Below, one piece after another: positions 1 through 9,152 of a stretch of 64,000 nt of DNA (its first letter is position 1; every line of letters begins with the position of its first letter). Below the pieces are notes generated by a model. That model worked only from the letters and a program-made list of their open reading frames with translations, searched no databases and had not been told where the DNA came from. Location of the stretch: contig OY762926.1 in the NCBI GenBank assembly GCA_963666735.1, positions 1,120,001 through 1,184,000 of the forward strand, written 5' to 3'. Both the position numbers and the translations under genes were made by a program. The stretch comes from Gemmatimonadota bacterium. GTDB taxonomy: Bacteria > Gemmatimonadota > Gemmatimonadetes > Palauibacterales > Palauibacteraceae.

Positions 1-1084
1 TCCGCCGCAGCTCGGTGAGTTGGCCGATTTCCGGCGGGACCTCGCCCTCGAGTTGGTTGTAGTCCAGGCGCAACCGCCGCAGGTGCGGGAAGTACCGGAT
101 CTCCGGAGGGATCTCGCCCCGGAGGTTGTTGCTCCGCATCGCGATCCCGCTGACCCGCCCTGCGGAGTCGACCGAGATGCCGAACCATGCCTCGAGCGGG
201 GCGTCGGTCCCCCAGTTGTCCGATTCCGTCCAGCTCTCTCCGCCCATGGCTTCATAGAGCTTCATGAGGTCCGACCGTTCCTCGTTGCAGGCGAGGAACT
301 CGCCCTCGCGCGCCGGAACCGCGTTCAGCCACGCCTGAAACCCTTCGTCCCGCACCGTGCACAGCATCGTGCCGCCGTAGTGCAGCGTCTCCACGCCCAA
401 CCCCGAGAGGGAGGCCGGAATGGGTCCGGAGAGCGCCGCGTTTCCGTCCACCATCAGCTCGGTGAGGAAGGCCAGACTGCCGAGATCCTCCGGAAGCTGG
501 CCGTTCAGACCGTTCTCGCTCAGGTCGATCGCCGTCACGCGGGACCGCTCGTTCGCCGTCACGCCGTACCAGCTTCCGACCGCTGCGCCGGTCCCCCAGC
601 CGTCGTTGTTCGTCCACTCACCCCCGCGCGTGCCGGCGTAGAGGTCCATGAGCGTCGCGCGATCCAGGCTGTGTACCGCGACCGGGGCGGAATTCGAAAC
701 CGGGCCGGACGCGGCGGCCAGGCTCGCGTTGCCCTCCTTCAGCCCGGTCACGAGCCCCGTCGCATCTACGGTGGCGATCGTGGGATCGTCGCTGGTCCAC
801 GTCACGACCGCGTCCGAAATGGGCTGCGCCCGGTCGTTCAGGACGCGCGCACGAACGCGAACCGTATCCCCCGCCACGACCGTTACCGTCTCCGGTTCCA
901 GCGTGATTCTCGCCGGTACGGTCGCGGTTGGAGGGGGGGGGGGCGGCCCGGGCGGTGGCGACGTCGTGTCGTCCCCTCCACAGGAGAGGACGGCCAGACC
1001 GAGAAAGCCGAGCACCGCGGGACGCGCGACGCGGGAGCGAGAGAAGTCGGAGCTGCCGGAGGTGGTGCGGGTACGCTTCGCCAT
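1..1084 (-). CDS. Ig-like (BIG2) + plant-type LRR lipoprotein, 3' end outside window
   Basis: Translated by hand; not in the ORF track because no stop lies in the window. ATG at 1084, MAKRTR...LGLAVLSC lipobox, poly-Pro linker, BIG2-like WTSDDPTIATVDATGLVTG, two N-caps (LMDLYAGTRGGEWTNNDGW...WYGV; LMKLYEAMGGESWTESDNW...WFGI), LRRs LSENGLNGQLPEDL, MRSNNLRGEIPPEI, LDYNQLEGEVPPEI. Confidence 0.85.
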   Translation of the reverse strand, partial: MAKRTRTTSGSSDFSRSRVARPAVLGFLGLAVLSCGGDDTTSPPPGPPPPPPTATVPARITLEPETVTVVAGDTVRVRARVLNDRAQPISDAVVTWTSDDPTIATVDATGLVTGLKEGNASLAAASGPVSNSAPVAVHSLDRATLMDLYAGTRGGEWTNNDGWGTGAAVGSWYGVTANERSRVTAIDLSENGLNGQLPEDLGSLAFLTELMVDGNAALSGPIPASLSGLGVETLHYGGTMLCTVRDEGFQAWLNAVPAREGEFLACNEERSDLMKLYEAMGGESWTESDNWGTDAPLEAWFGISVDSAGRVSGIAMRSNNLRGEIPPEIRYFPHLRRLRLDYNQLEGEVPPEIGQLTELRR

Positions 1085-1191
1085 GGGCTTGCCTTGCGTC
1101 TTGTCTTGGGGACGGCACCGACGGTCAGAGACCGGCGAGTCGCTACCGTGCGGCGCCCCCGGGTGAGCCTGCGGACAGAACCGGTATTCCT

Positions 1192-3195
1192 CTAATCTAG
1201 AGACGTGCCGCCCGGTTGGCATCCTCCGAGATGTTTGTCGAAAAAGGCCCGGAGCCGGCTGTACATGTCGACCGAGTTGGCGGGGTTCCGGAAACCGTGG
1301 CCCTCGGGGTACGTCCTGGACTCGAACTCCTTGCCGAGCGCCTCGAGTCTCTCGACCGCGAGTTCGAAGTTCTCGAACGGCGCCCTTACGTCGAATTCTC
1401 CGTGCATGATGAGGACGGGAGCCGTGATGCGGTCCATCCGGTCGAGCGTCTCGCTCTTCGCGTAGATCTCCGGCCGCTCCTCAGGCGTTCCGCCGTGCCC
1501 CGTGATGGTGAAGATCTTTCCCAGGCGGTCCGCGTAGGGGAGGGTCAGGGACTCGGAGTAGATGCCGCGCATGGGGACGGCCGCATCGAACTTGTCCGGC
1601 GTGCGCGTGATCGCGGACATGGACTGCATGCCTCCGTAGCTCCCGCCGTAGATGCCGACGCGCCCGTTGACGTACGGCTGGCGGCGCAGCCAGTCCGCCG
1701 CGGCGCCCGGGTCCTTCGACTGGTCGTTCAGCCAGTCCTCGACCGACAGGTCCTGGAACTCGCGCCCGAAGCCGGACCCGCCGCGGTAGTTGATGGCGAG
1801 GACGACGAACCCTTCGTTCGCGAGGTACTGTTCGATGAGGTTCGTCCCCTGCGTGTAGGAGTTCGTCCCACCCCCGTGGACCTGGACGAGGGCCGGGCAT
1901 GCGGGCGGGTCGGAGCCGGCCGGGAGCGCGGCCCGGATCGCCGGCGGCAGGTAGAGGAATCCCTGAATGTACAGGCCGTCGAAGGAGCGGAAGGAGATTT
2001 CCGCGGGCCGCTGGACACCCTCGAAGCGCGGCGAAAAATCCGTCAGGCGGGCCGGGGTTCCACCATCGAGGTCGAGGAGCCAGGCTTCTCTGCCCTCCGT
2101 CGCCGCATCCCGGGTGAACACGGCGCGGCCGCCGTCCGGCGTCGCGTGCAGGGACGACCAGGACCCGCCGACATTCGTGACCCGCGTGGCGACGCCGTCC
2201 GAGGCCGGGACGGACCACAGGTCGAAGGCGCCGCGCTGCTGGTACGGGAAGTAGATGCGCTCGCCGTCGCCGGACCAGAAGGGGTCGAAGCGCATGATCG
2301 CGTCCGTCGCGTAGACCTGCATGTCGAGCGGCGCCTCCCGGATGACTCGGGGCGCCGTCCCCGAGAGGTCGAGGTCGATCCGGTACAGGTACGCGAGATC
2401 CTCGTACCAGTATTCGTCCTTGGACGTCCCCATCAGGACGAGGCTCGATCCGTCCGGCGACCACACGGGGCTGGAGGAGGCCATGAGCGAAGCGGAGACC
2501 CGGTGCGCTTCGCCGGACGCCACGCCGGCGAGCCACACGTCATCGTGCCACCAGTCGGCCCGGTTGGAGATGTAGGCGATCCACCGGCCGTCCGGCGACC
2601 ACATGGGGCTGAAGCGGCTGTCGTCGGCCTCCGCGGCGCCGGACGTCAGTTGCCGGGGCGGCGTCGCCCCGGCCGCGTCGACGAGCCAGATGTCCTGGGA
2701 GCCGGACGCCGTGGAGTAGAAGGCGAGCGTCTCCCCGTCCGGCGACCATGACGGGGCCCGCACGCCGCTCGCGCCTTCGACCACCACCCGGCCCGGCTCT
2801 CCGGCCCCGGCGACAAGGAGGTTTCCCGCCGCGATGTAGGCCAGCCGCTCTCCGTCCGGCGACCACGTCTGCGCCCGGCCGGCGACCCGGGAAGTCGCGG
2901 CCGCTCCCCCGGCGACCGCCACCTCCGCCGCCGCAGGAGCCGGGACAAGGTGGATCCCGCGTCCGCCCGTTCCCTCGATGGGTCCGGCCACGGCGAGCAT
3001 GGATCCGTCGGGCGAGAGCACGGCGCGGCCGGCGCCACCCGCAGCGGTAAAGATGTTCTCCAGCGTAAGCGGGACCCGGCCTTCGTCGACGACTCCCCCG
3101 CCGGGGGACGAGCAACCGACGGCGAGGACGGCGAGGAACCCCATGGCCGCGTGCAGCCCGTGGCGCTTTCGGGCGGATTTCGGAGATCCGGGCAC
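1192..3195 (-). CDS. S9 family (prolyl oligopeptidase/acylaminoacyl peptidase) lipoprotein
   Basis: WSPDG propeller repeats; catalytic GGSYGG, HGEFDVR, EGHGF; lipobox LAVGC. GTG at 3195 follows AGGAGG; ATG at 3144 is an alternative start. Confidence 0.92.
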   Translation of the reverse strand: MPGSPKSARKRHGLHAAMGFLAVLAVGCSSPGGGVVDEGRVPLTLENIFTAAGGAGRAVLSPDGSMLAVAGPIEGTGGRGIHLVPAPAAAEVAVAGGAAATSRVAGRAQTWSPDGERLAYIAAGNLLVAGAGEPGRVVVEGASGVRAPSWSPDGETLAFYSTASGSQDIWLVDAAGATPPRQLTSGAAEADDSRFSPMWSPDGRWIAYISNRADWWHDDVWLAGVASGEAHRVSASLMASSSPVWSPDGSSLVLMGTSKDEYWYEDLAYLYRIDLDLSGTAPRVIREAPLDMQVYATDAIMRFDPFWSGDGERIYFPYQQRGAFDLWSVPASDGVATRVTNVGGSWSSLHATPDGGRAVFTRDAATEGREAWLLDLDGGTPARLTDFSPRFEGVQRPAEISFRSFDGLYIQGFLYLPPAIRAALPAGSDPPACPALVQVHGGGTNSYTQGTNLIEQYLANEGFVVLAINYRGGSGFGREFQDLSVEDWLNDQSKDPGAAADWLRRQPYVNGRVGIYGGSYGGMQSMSAITRTPDKFDAAVPMRGIYSESLTLPYADRLGKIFTITGHGGTPEERPEIYAKSETLDRMDRITAPVLIMHGEFDVRAPFENFELAVERLEALGKEFESRTYPEGHGFRNPANSVDMYSRLRAFFDKHLGGCQPGGTSLD

Positions 3196-3262
3196 GGCTC
3201 CTCCTGCTCGCGTGACGATACCGGGGGGGCGCTTCCGCCCGTAATCCGGCGGAGGCACGCTG

Positions 3263-3284
3263 TTCGCATGAGTTTCGCATGAGT
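3263..3284. repeat. Exact 11-bp tandem direct repeat TTCGCATGAGT x2 between divergent genes
   Basis: Copies at 3263-3273 and 3274-3284. Confidence 0.8.
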
Positions 3285-3357
3285 ATTGCCCCGGGGGATG
3301 GTCGGACAATACCGATCAGAGCAGGAAAAACCCATTCCGACCGGAGGTCGACGCGCC

Positions 3358-3975
3358 TTGACCGAACCCGCCGTCACGCTGACCGACTACGGGCTCACGC
3401 TGCTCTGCGCCGTCCTTGTCTGGCGCGCACGCTCACGCGTGAGGGCCGATCTGCGCCCGTGGGCGATGGGACTCTTCGCCGGCTCCGGCGCCGCGGCCCT
3501 GTTCGGCGGCACGGTCCACGGCTTCTTCGGGGACCCCGCGACCCTCGGCTACCGCATCCTCTGGCCGGCCACGATCCTCACCGTGGGGGCTACGGGACTC
3601 GCCGCCTGGGGCCTGGGCGCGCGAGTCGATGGCCGGCCGGCGGGTACGCGGTGGATCACCAAACTCGCCGGCCTCGCCTATGTCGCCTACGTCGCGATCG
3701 TGCTGGCCGGGTGGCAGGCCTTCGTCGTCGCGGTCGCGTTCTATCTGCCCGCCGTCATCTATCTCACGGTGCGCTTCGCCCGGGCCTATCGCCGCCGCCC
3801 CACCACAAGCCGGCGGCGGGCGCTGACCGGCTTCGGGCTCACCTTCGCGGCGGCGGCCATCCAGCAGCTTCGGATTCCGGTCCACCCGGTCTGGTTCGAC
3901 CACAACGCGCTGTATCACGTCGTGCAGGCGGCAGCGTTCATCCTGCTGTATCAGGGCGTCAGCGGCGAAGAGTGA
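3358..3975 (+). CDS. Multi-pass membrane protein (DUF6962-like)
   Basis: About 6-7 hydrophobic segments; TEPAVTLTDY N-terminus, GGTVHGFF, DHNALYHVVQ. TTG start at 3358 inferred. Confidence 0.7.
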   Translation: MTEPAVTLTDYGLTLLCAVLVWRARSRVRADLRPWAMGLFAGSGAAALFGGTVHGFFGDPATLGYRILWPATILTVGATGLAAWGLGARVDGRPAGTRWITKLAGLAYVAYVAIVLAGWQAFVVAVAFYLPAVIYLTVRFARAYRRRPTTSRRRALTGFGLTFAAAAIQQLRIPVHPVWFDHNALYHVVQAAAFILLYQGVSGEE

Positions 3976-4004
3976 AAGTGTTTCTCCAACGTCAGGGTTT
4001 TGCC

Positions 4005-6056
4005 ATGCGTGCCGTGACCTTCCCCGTCTCGCGGGTTCTCGCCGCGGGTGCCGTACTCTCCCTCATCCTCTCCTCCATCCTCTCCCCGGGGTTGAACGCC
4101 CAGGAGGGCCGGCCGATGACGGTCGAGGATGTCCTCGCCCTCCGGAGCCTGTCCGGGATCTCCGTGAGCCCGGACGGGCAATGGGTGGCCTACGTCGTTT
4201 CCGCGCGCGACATGGAGGAGGACCGCCAGGAAACCGACGTGTGGGTCGTCCCGGCCGCGGGCGGCCCCGCCGATGCCCGGCAGCTCACCTTCCGCCCCGG
4301 ATCCGACGATTCGCCGGTCTGGCACCCGTCGGGAGAATGGCTCGCCTTCGCCTCGGACCGGGAAGGGGTGAGGCAGATCCACGGCATCCGGCCCGACGGC
4401 GGCGAGGCGTGGCCGGTGACGTCCCACGAGACCTCGGTCGGGAGCTTCCGCTTCGCGCCCAATGGCCGGCGACTCGGCTTCGTGGCGAGCCCGCCCGCGA
4501 CGGAGGCGGACCGCGAACTCGAAGCGGTGCGCGGACGTCCGATCGTCCGGGATTCGGTCTACACCGACCAGTGGTCCCATCTCTACGTCGCCGAACTCGA
4601 TGACGATGTGGCCGCCGAGGGAATGAGATGGTCGCCGGACGGTCTTCACGTCGTGTCGTTCGTATGGTCCCCCGACTCGCGAGCCGTCGCGTTCGGCGCG
4701 CGCCCGTCGCCCGTGCTGAGGACGACCTACCACGGGGCGACCTACGTCCAGGAAGGAGCGGAAGCGGAGGCCCGAACCGTCACATCCATGCCGGGCGGCG
4801 AAAATCCGGCGGCGTGGGACGACGAGGCCGGTCTCGTCGTGTCGGGAACGGGACAACTTCTCGGAACCTTCAATCGACAGCTCTGGCGGGTGCCCTTCGG
4901 TGCGGACGGCGGCGCGCTGGACCCGGTTTCGCTCACGGCCGGCCTGGACGCGAACGCGAACCTCGTCCACCTCGATGGCGCGCGGCTCATCGTCTCCGCG
5001 GCCCGGCGCACCGGAGCCGCGGTGTACCGCATCCCCCTCGCCGACGGCGCCGCGGCCGGCCCGCCAAGCGATCTGACCGATGGCCGGCACTACTACTCCG
5101 GCGCCTCCGTCTCGGCCGACGGAAGCACGATGGCGTTCACGGCCGAGGACGGCGGCGCCCCACCCGACATCTTCGTCACCTCGACGGCGGACTTCCGGCC
5201 CGAGCGCCTGACCGACCTGAACCCGCAGGTGGCCGGCCTCGCGCTCGGCGACCAGCGCGTCGAATCTTGGGCCTCGCGGGCCGGGGGAGAGGAAATCGAA
5301 GGCGTGCTCACGCTCCCCGTCGGGTACGAGGAGGGGGACCGCGTCCCGATGGTCCTCGTGATCCACGGCGGCCCGTCCGGCATCTCATCGGACCGCTTCA
5401 ACGCCACGCGCGGCGCCTACCCGGTGCAGGTGTACGCGGGCATGGGGTTCGCCGTCCTGCAGCCGAACTACCGGGGTTCGAGCGGTTACGGCGAGCGTTT
5501 TCGGGGGCTCAACCGCGGCGACATCTCCGGCCGCGACTGGGTGGACATCGACTCCGGGGTGGACGCCATGGTCGAGCGCGGGATCGCGGATCCCGACCGC
5601 CTGGCCGTGAGCGGCTGGAGCTTCGGCGGACACCACACCTACTGGGGGATCACGCAGACCGACCGCTTCAGGGCGGCGAGCGCCGGCGCCGGCGCGAACG
5701 ACCTGATCTCCATGTATTCGCAGACGGATATTCCGGAGTTCTACCACACGTATCTGGGCCCGAAGCCGTGGGAAGACTGGGATCTCTACGAGGAGCGCTC
5801 CGCGTACCGCCATGTTGAAAACGTGACGACACCGCTCCTCATCCAGGTGGGCGAAAAGGACGAGAGGGTGCCGGCCGAACAGAGCATCCAGTTCTTCGAG
5901 GCCGTCCGCGCCATCGGCAAAGCGCCGACGATCCTCGTTCTGTATCCGGATCAACCGCACGGCGTTAGATCTCCGCGCCTCCAGCGCGATCTCATGTCCA
6001 GAAACGTCGAATGGCTCACGCGCTGGGTCCTGGAATCCGAAGCGCTGGTTCCGTGA
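4005..6056 (+). CDS. S9 family dipeptidyl/acylaminoacyl peptidase, secreted
   Basis: Signal peptide ending LNA-QE; propeller repeats; IHGGP, GWSFGG, GEKDERV, DQPHG triad motifs. Start taken as ATG 4005 rather than 3279. Confidence 0.92.
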   Translation: MRAVTFPVSRVLAAGAVLSLILSSILSPGLNAQEGRPMTVEDVLALRSLSGISVSPDGQWVAYVVSARDMEEDRQETDVWVVPAAGGPADARQLTFRPGSDDSPVWHPSGEWLAFASDREGVRQIHGIRPDGGEAWPVTSHETSVGSFRFAPNGRRLGFVASPPATEADRELEAVRGRPIVRDSVYTDQWSHLYVAELDDDVAAEGMRWSPDGLHVVSFVWSPDSRAVAFGARPSPVLRTTYHGATYVQEGAEAEARTVTSMPGGENPAAWDDEAGLVVSGTGQLLGTFNRQLWRVPFGADGGALDPVSLTAGLDANANLVHLDGARLIVSAARRTGAAVYRIPLADGAAAGPPSDLTDGRHYYSGASVSADGSTMAFTAEDGGAPPDIFVTSTADFRPERLTDLNPQVAGLALGDQRVESWASRAGGEEIEGVLTLPVGYEEGDRVPMVLVIHGGPSGISSDRFNATRGAYPVQVYAGMGFAVLQPNYRGSSGYGERFRGLNRGDISGRDWVDIDSGVDAMVERGIADPDRLAVSGWSFGGHHTYWGITQTDRFRAASAGAGANDLISMYSQTDIPEFYHTYLGPKPWEDWDLYEERSAYRHVENVTTPLLIQVGEKDERVPAEQSIQFFEAVRAIGKAPTILVLYPDQPHGVRSPRLQRDLMSRNVEWLTRWVLESEALVP

Positions 6057-6119
6057 CGCCCCGCTGGGCCGCTACGTTGATTACCGGCATGATAGGGACG
6101 CCCGCGGAGGAGGAAAATC

Positions 6120-6950
6120 ATGCGATGCCCCCGTCGCTGCCCCCGTCTGGGCCTGTACGGGCTTGCGCTCGCGGCAAGCGTGCTCGCCGGGGCCGGCCAG
6201 GCCGCGGCCCAGGGTGAGCCCGAGGTCACCGAAGCCGGTCTCGCGCGCGGCGAGATGTTCTACCAGGCCCACTGCGGCCGGTGCCACGGCATGCTCGGCC
6301 AGGGTGGCGAAGGGCCGAGCCTGGCGCGCCCCACCCTGCCCCGCGCGCCGGACCACGCGTCGCTCGTGCGGGTGATCCGCCGCGGGATCCCCGGCACGGG
6401 CATGCCCGGGACGAGATCCAACCTGGTGTCGGACCTGGAGGTCGACCTCATGGCCGCCTACGTCCGCACGCTGGGACAGGACGCCGTCGTGGAGGTCGCG
6501 GGGGACGCCGCTCGCGGGCAGGAAGTGTTCGCCGCCGCCGGGGACTGCTACTCCTGCCATGTCGTCGACGGCCGCGGGACGGGGATCGGCCCGGAACTCA
6601 CGGGCATCGGGCTTCGGCGCGGCGCCGATTACCTCTACGCGTCCCTGCGGACGCCCGAATCGGAGTTGCCGGTCTCCAGGCGAGGCATCCTGCGGGGATT
6701 CAGGGGATACCTGCCGGTCCGCGCGGTCACGCGCGAGGGCCGCGTCATCACGGGCCTGCGCGTGAACGAGGACGCCTTCACGATCCAGTTGCGGTCCATC
6801 TCCGGCCGCACCGTCTCGCTTCGCAAGGAAGACCTCGTGGAACTCGAGAAACAGTTCGATCACTCGCTGATGCCCACCGTGGAGGAGATGACGGAAGCGG
6901 ACATCGACGACCTCGTCGCCTTCCTGGCGAACCTCGGAGAAGGATCATGA
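6120..6950 (+). CDS. Periplasmic di-haem c-type cytochrome
   Basis: Signal peptide, CGRCH and CYSCH, GIPGTGMP, GPELTGIG, SLMP; GGAGG RBS; ATGA overlap with the next gene. Confidence 0.9.
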   Translation: MRCPRRCPRLGLYGLALAASVLAGAGQAAAQGEPEVTEAGLARGEMFYQAHCGRCHGMLGQGGEGPSLARPTLPRAPDHASLVRVIRRGIPGTGMPGTRSNLVSDLEVDLMAAYVRTLGQDAVVEVAGDAARGQEVFAAAGDCYSCHVVDGRGTGIGPELTGIGLRRGADYLYASLRTPESELPVSRRGILRGFRGYLPVRAVTREGRVITGLRVNEDAFTIQLRSISGRTVSLRKEDLVELEKQFDHSLMPTVEEMTEADIDDLVAFLANLGEGS

Positions 6951-8581
6951 AACGGCGCACACGGTTTCGCATGCCGACTCCGGCCGTGGCGGTCTCCGGG
7001 CTCGCGGCGGGTGCTCTCCTGTGCAGCGCCGCCTTCACGGGCGCGGGCGCGCAGGTGCCGTTCGAGCGCATTGTGAACGCGGACGACGAGCCTCACAACT
7101 GGCTTACGTATTCGGGCAACTACGCGTCCCACCGCTTCTCCGCGCTGGACCAGATCCACCGCGGGAACGTCGGGGACCTGAAGGTGATCTGGGCCTACCA
7201 AATGAGCGGCGGGCTCATCGAAACGACGCCGGTCGTGGTCGACGGCGTGATGTATGTGACGGAACCGCCGAGCAACGTGAGCGCGCTCGACGCGCGCACC
7301 GGCCGCCGCCTGTGGCACTGGTCCGCCAATGTCCCGGCTTCGACGAAGAACATCGGCTTTCCGCGGGTGAACCGCGGCGTCGCGATCCTCGACGAGACCG
7401 TGTTCGTGGGCACGCTCGACGCCCGGCTCGTCGCGCTCGACGCCCGGTCCGGCTCCGTCCGCTGGGAGGTGGACGTGGCGGACAACGATCTCGGCTTCTC
7501 GATCACCCTCGCCCCGCTGGCGCTCGACGGGAAGGTGATCGTCGGCATGTCGGGAGCCGAGGCCGGGGCGAACGGGTTCATCGACGCCTACGAAGCCGAG
7601 ACCGGCGAACTCCTCTGGCGGACCTACACGATCCCGGGCCCCGGCGAGCCGGGGAGCGAGACGTGGGGCGGCGACAGCTGGGAGCACGGGGGCGGCTCGA
7701 CGTGGCTCACCGGCTCCTACGACCCGGAACTCGACCTCCTGTACTGGCCGACCGGCAACCCCGCCCCCGACTGGAACGGGGACGCGCGCCCCGGCGACAA
7801 CCTGTACACGAACTGCATCCTCGCCCTCGACCCGGACACCGGGGAGATGCAGTGGTACTTCCAGTACACCCCGCACGACACGCACGACTGGGACGCGACC
7901 GAGATCCAGGTGCTCGTCGACGCGGAGTGGGAGGGCGAGCCGCGCAAGCTGCTCGTGACCGCGAACCGGAACGCCTTCTACTACGTGCTCGACCGCGAGA
8001 CCGGCGAGTTCCTGCACGGCGTGGAATACTCGAAGCAGACGTGGGCCGAGGGCCTCGACGAGAACGGGCGGCCGATCGTGATTCCCGGGACGGAACCCAC
8101 CGAGGAGGGGAACCTCGTCTGGCCCAGCCTTCAGGGGTCCGCCAACTGGTTCAGCCCCTCGTACAGCCCGGACACCGGCCTCTTCTACCAGGCGACCCGG
8201 ATCATGGGCGCCATCTACTACAAGGCGGAGGTCGAATACGAGCCGGGGCAACCTTTCCTCGGCGGCGGCGAGCAGGCGCTCTCGGGAGACGACGCGAGCG
8301 GCGCGGTCAAGGCGCTCGACGTGCTCACCGGAGAGCTGCGGTGGGAGTTCCCCCTGCTTTCTCCGCCGTGGGCGGGCGTGATGGCCACGCGGGGCGGCCT
8401 CGTGTTCGGCGGAAGCAACGAGGGCAACATCTTCGCCCTCGACGCGGAGACGGGGGAGGCGTTGTGGGACTTCCAGGCCGGCGCCGGCGTCCGCACCAAC
8501 CCCATGTCGTTCGAAGTGGACGGCGAACAGCGCGTCGCGACCGCCGCGGGCGGCGTCCTGTGGGTATTCGGACTCCCATAG
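6947..8581 (+). CDS. PQQ-dependent dehydrogenase (methanol/ethanol-family beta-propeller)
   Basis: WLTYSGNY, ETTPVVVDGVMY, Trp-docking repeats ALDARTG..W, GAEAG, TGNPAP, TPHDTHDWDATE, NWFSPSYSP. Confidence 0.92.
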   Translation: MKRRTRFRMPTPAVAVSGLAAGALLCSAAFTGAGAQVPFERIVNADDEPHNWLTYSGNYASHRFSALDQIHRGNVGDLKVIWAYQMSGGLIETTPVVVDGVMYVTEPPSNVSALDARTGRRLWHWSANVPASTKNIGFPRVNRGVAILDETVFVGTLDARLVALDARSGSVRWEVDVADNDLGFSITLAPLALDGKVIVGMSGAEAGANGFIDAYEAETGELLWRTYTIPGPGEPGSETWGGDSWEHGGGSTWLTGSYDPELDLLYWPTGNPAPDWNGDARPGDNLYTNCILALDPDTGEMQWYFQYTPHDTHDWDATEIQVLVDAEWEGEPRKLLVTANRNAFYYVLDRETGEFLHGVEYSKQTWAEGLDENGRPIVIPGTEPTEEGNLVWPSLQGSANWFSPSYSPDTGLFYQATRIMGAIYYKAEVEYEPGQPFLGGGEQALSGDDASGAVKALDVLTGELRWEFPLLSPPWAGVMATRGGLVFGGSNEGNIFALDAETGEALWDFQAGAGVRTNPMSFEVDGEQRVATAAGGVLWVFGLP

Positions 8582-8690
8582 CGAAGGCGTCTGTACGAAA
8601 GCTTTTTCGACAGCTTCGGCCGTTTCGATTATTGCATTGGCTTCCCCCGTTGCCTACCCTTCCGCGTGAATCCTGGGCAAAGAGGGAGAC

Positions 8691-9149
8691 ATGGCCATGG
8701 CACAAATGACAACCGCGCTGCCATCCACTCAAGAGATGGAACTAGCTCGCACATCGGGCCAACGGTTGGCTTCAATCGCCGCCGCGAACCACCCGCTGAC
8801 CGTTCGTGTGCGTGACAAGAGCCAGGAACAGGTCATCGAATTGCCGTCCGGCGCCGTCCAACTGTTGTTGAGACTGCTTGAAAACATGGCTTCCGGCCGC
8901 GCCGTTACGATCATGGCTCGAAGCGCTGAGCTCACCACGCAGCAGGCCGCTGACGTGTTGAACGTCTCTCGCCCGTTCCTGGTGACCCGACTCCTTGAGA
9001 CACGGAAGATTCCTTACCACAAGGTTGGGACGCACCGGCGCATTCGGCTCGATGATGTGCTGCGTTACAAAGAACGTATCGACAAGGACCGCCGCCAAGT
9101 CTTGGACGAACTCGCGGCTCAGGCGCAAGAACTTGGGTTGGGCTACTGA
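8691..9149 (+). CDS. Excisionase-like HTH DNA-binding protein (putative antitoxin)
   Basis: ELTTQQAADVLNVSRPFLV...KVGTHRRI HTH_17-like motif; C-terminal ELAAQAQELGLGY; directly upstream of a PIN gene. Confidence 0.88.
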   Translation: MAMAQMTTALPSTQEMELARTSGQRLASIAAANHPLTVRVRDKSQEQVIELPSGAVQLLLRLLENMASGRAVTIMARSAELTTQQAADVLNVSRPFLVTRLLETRKIPYHKVGTHRRIRLDDVLRYKERIDKDRRQVLDELAAQAQELGLGY

Positions 9150-9152
9150 CGC

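Noticed and set aside
3279..6056. 925-aa S9 ORF suggesting an N-terminal fusion
   Set aside because: The extension overlaps the DUF6962-like gene in another frame; a clean signal peptide starts at ATG 4005.
8691..9149. Excisionase as evidence of a prophage or ICE
   Set aside because: No integrase, att repeats or phage genes; HTH_17 + PIN is a known TA-like pairing.
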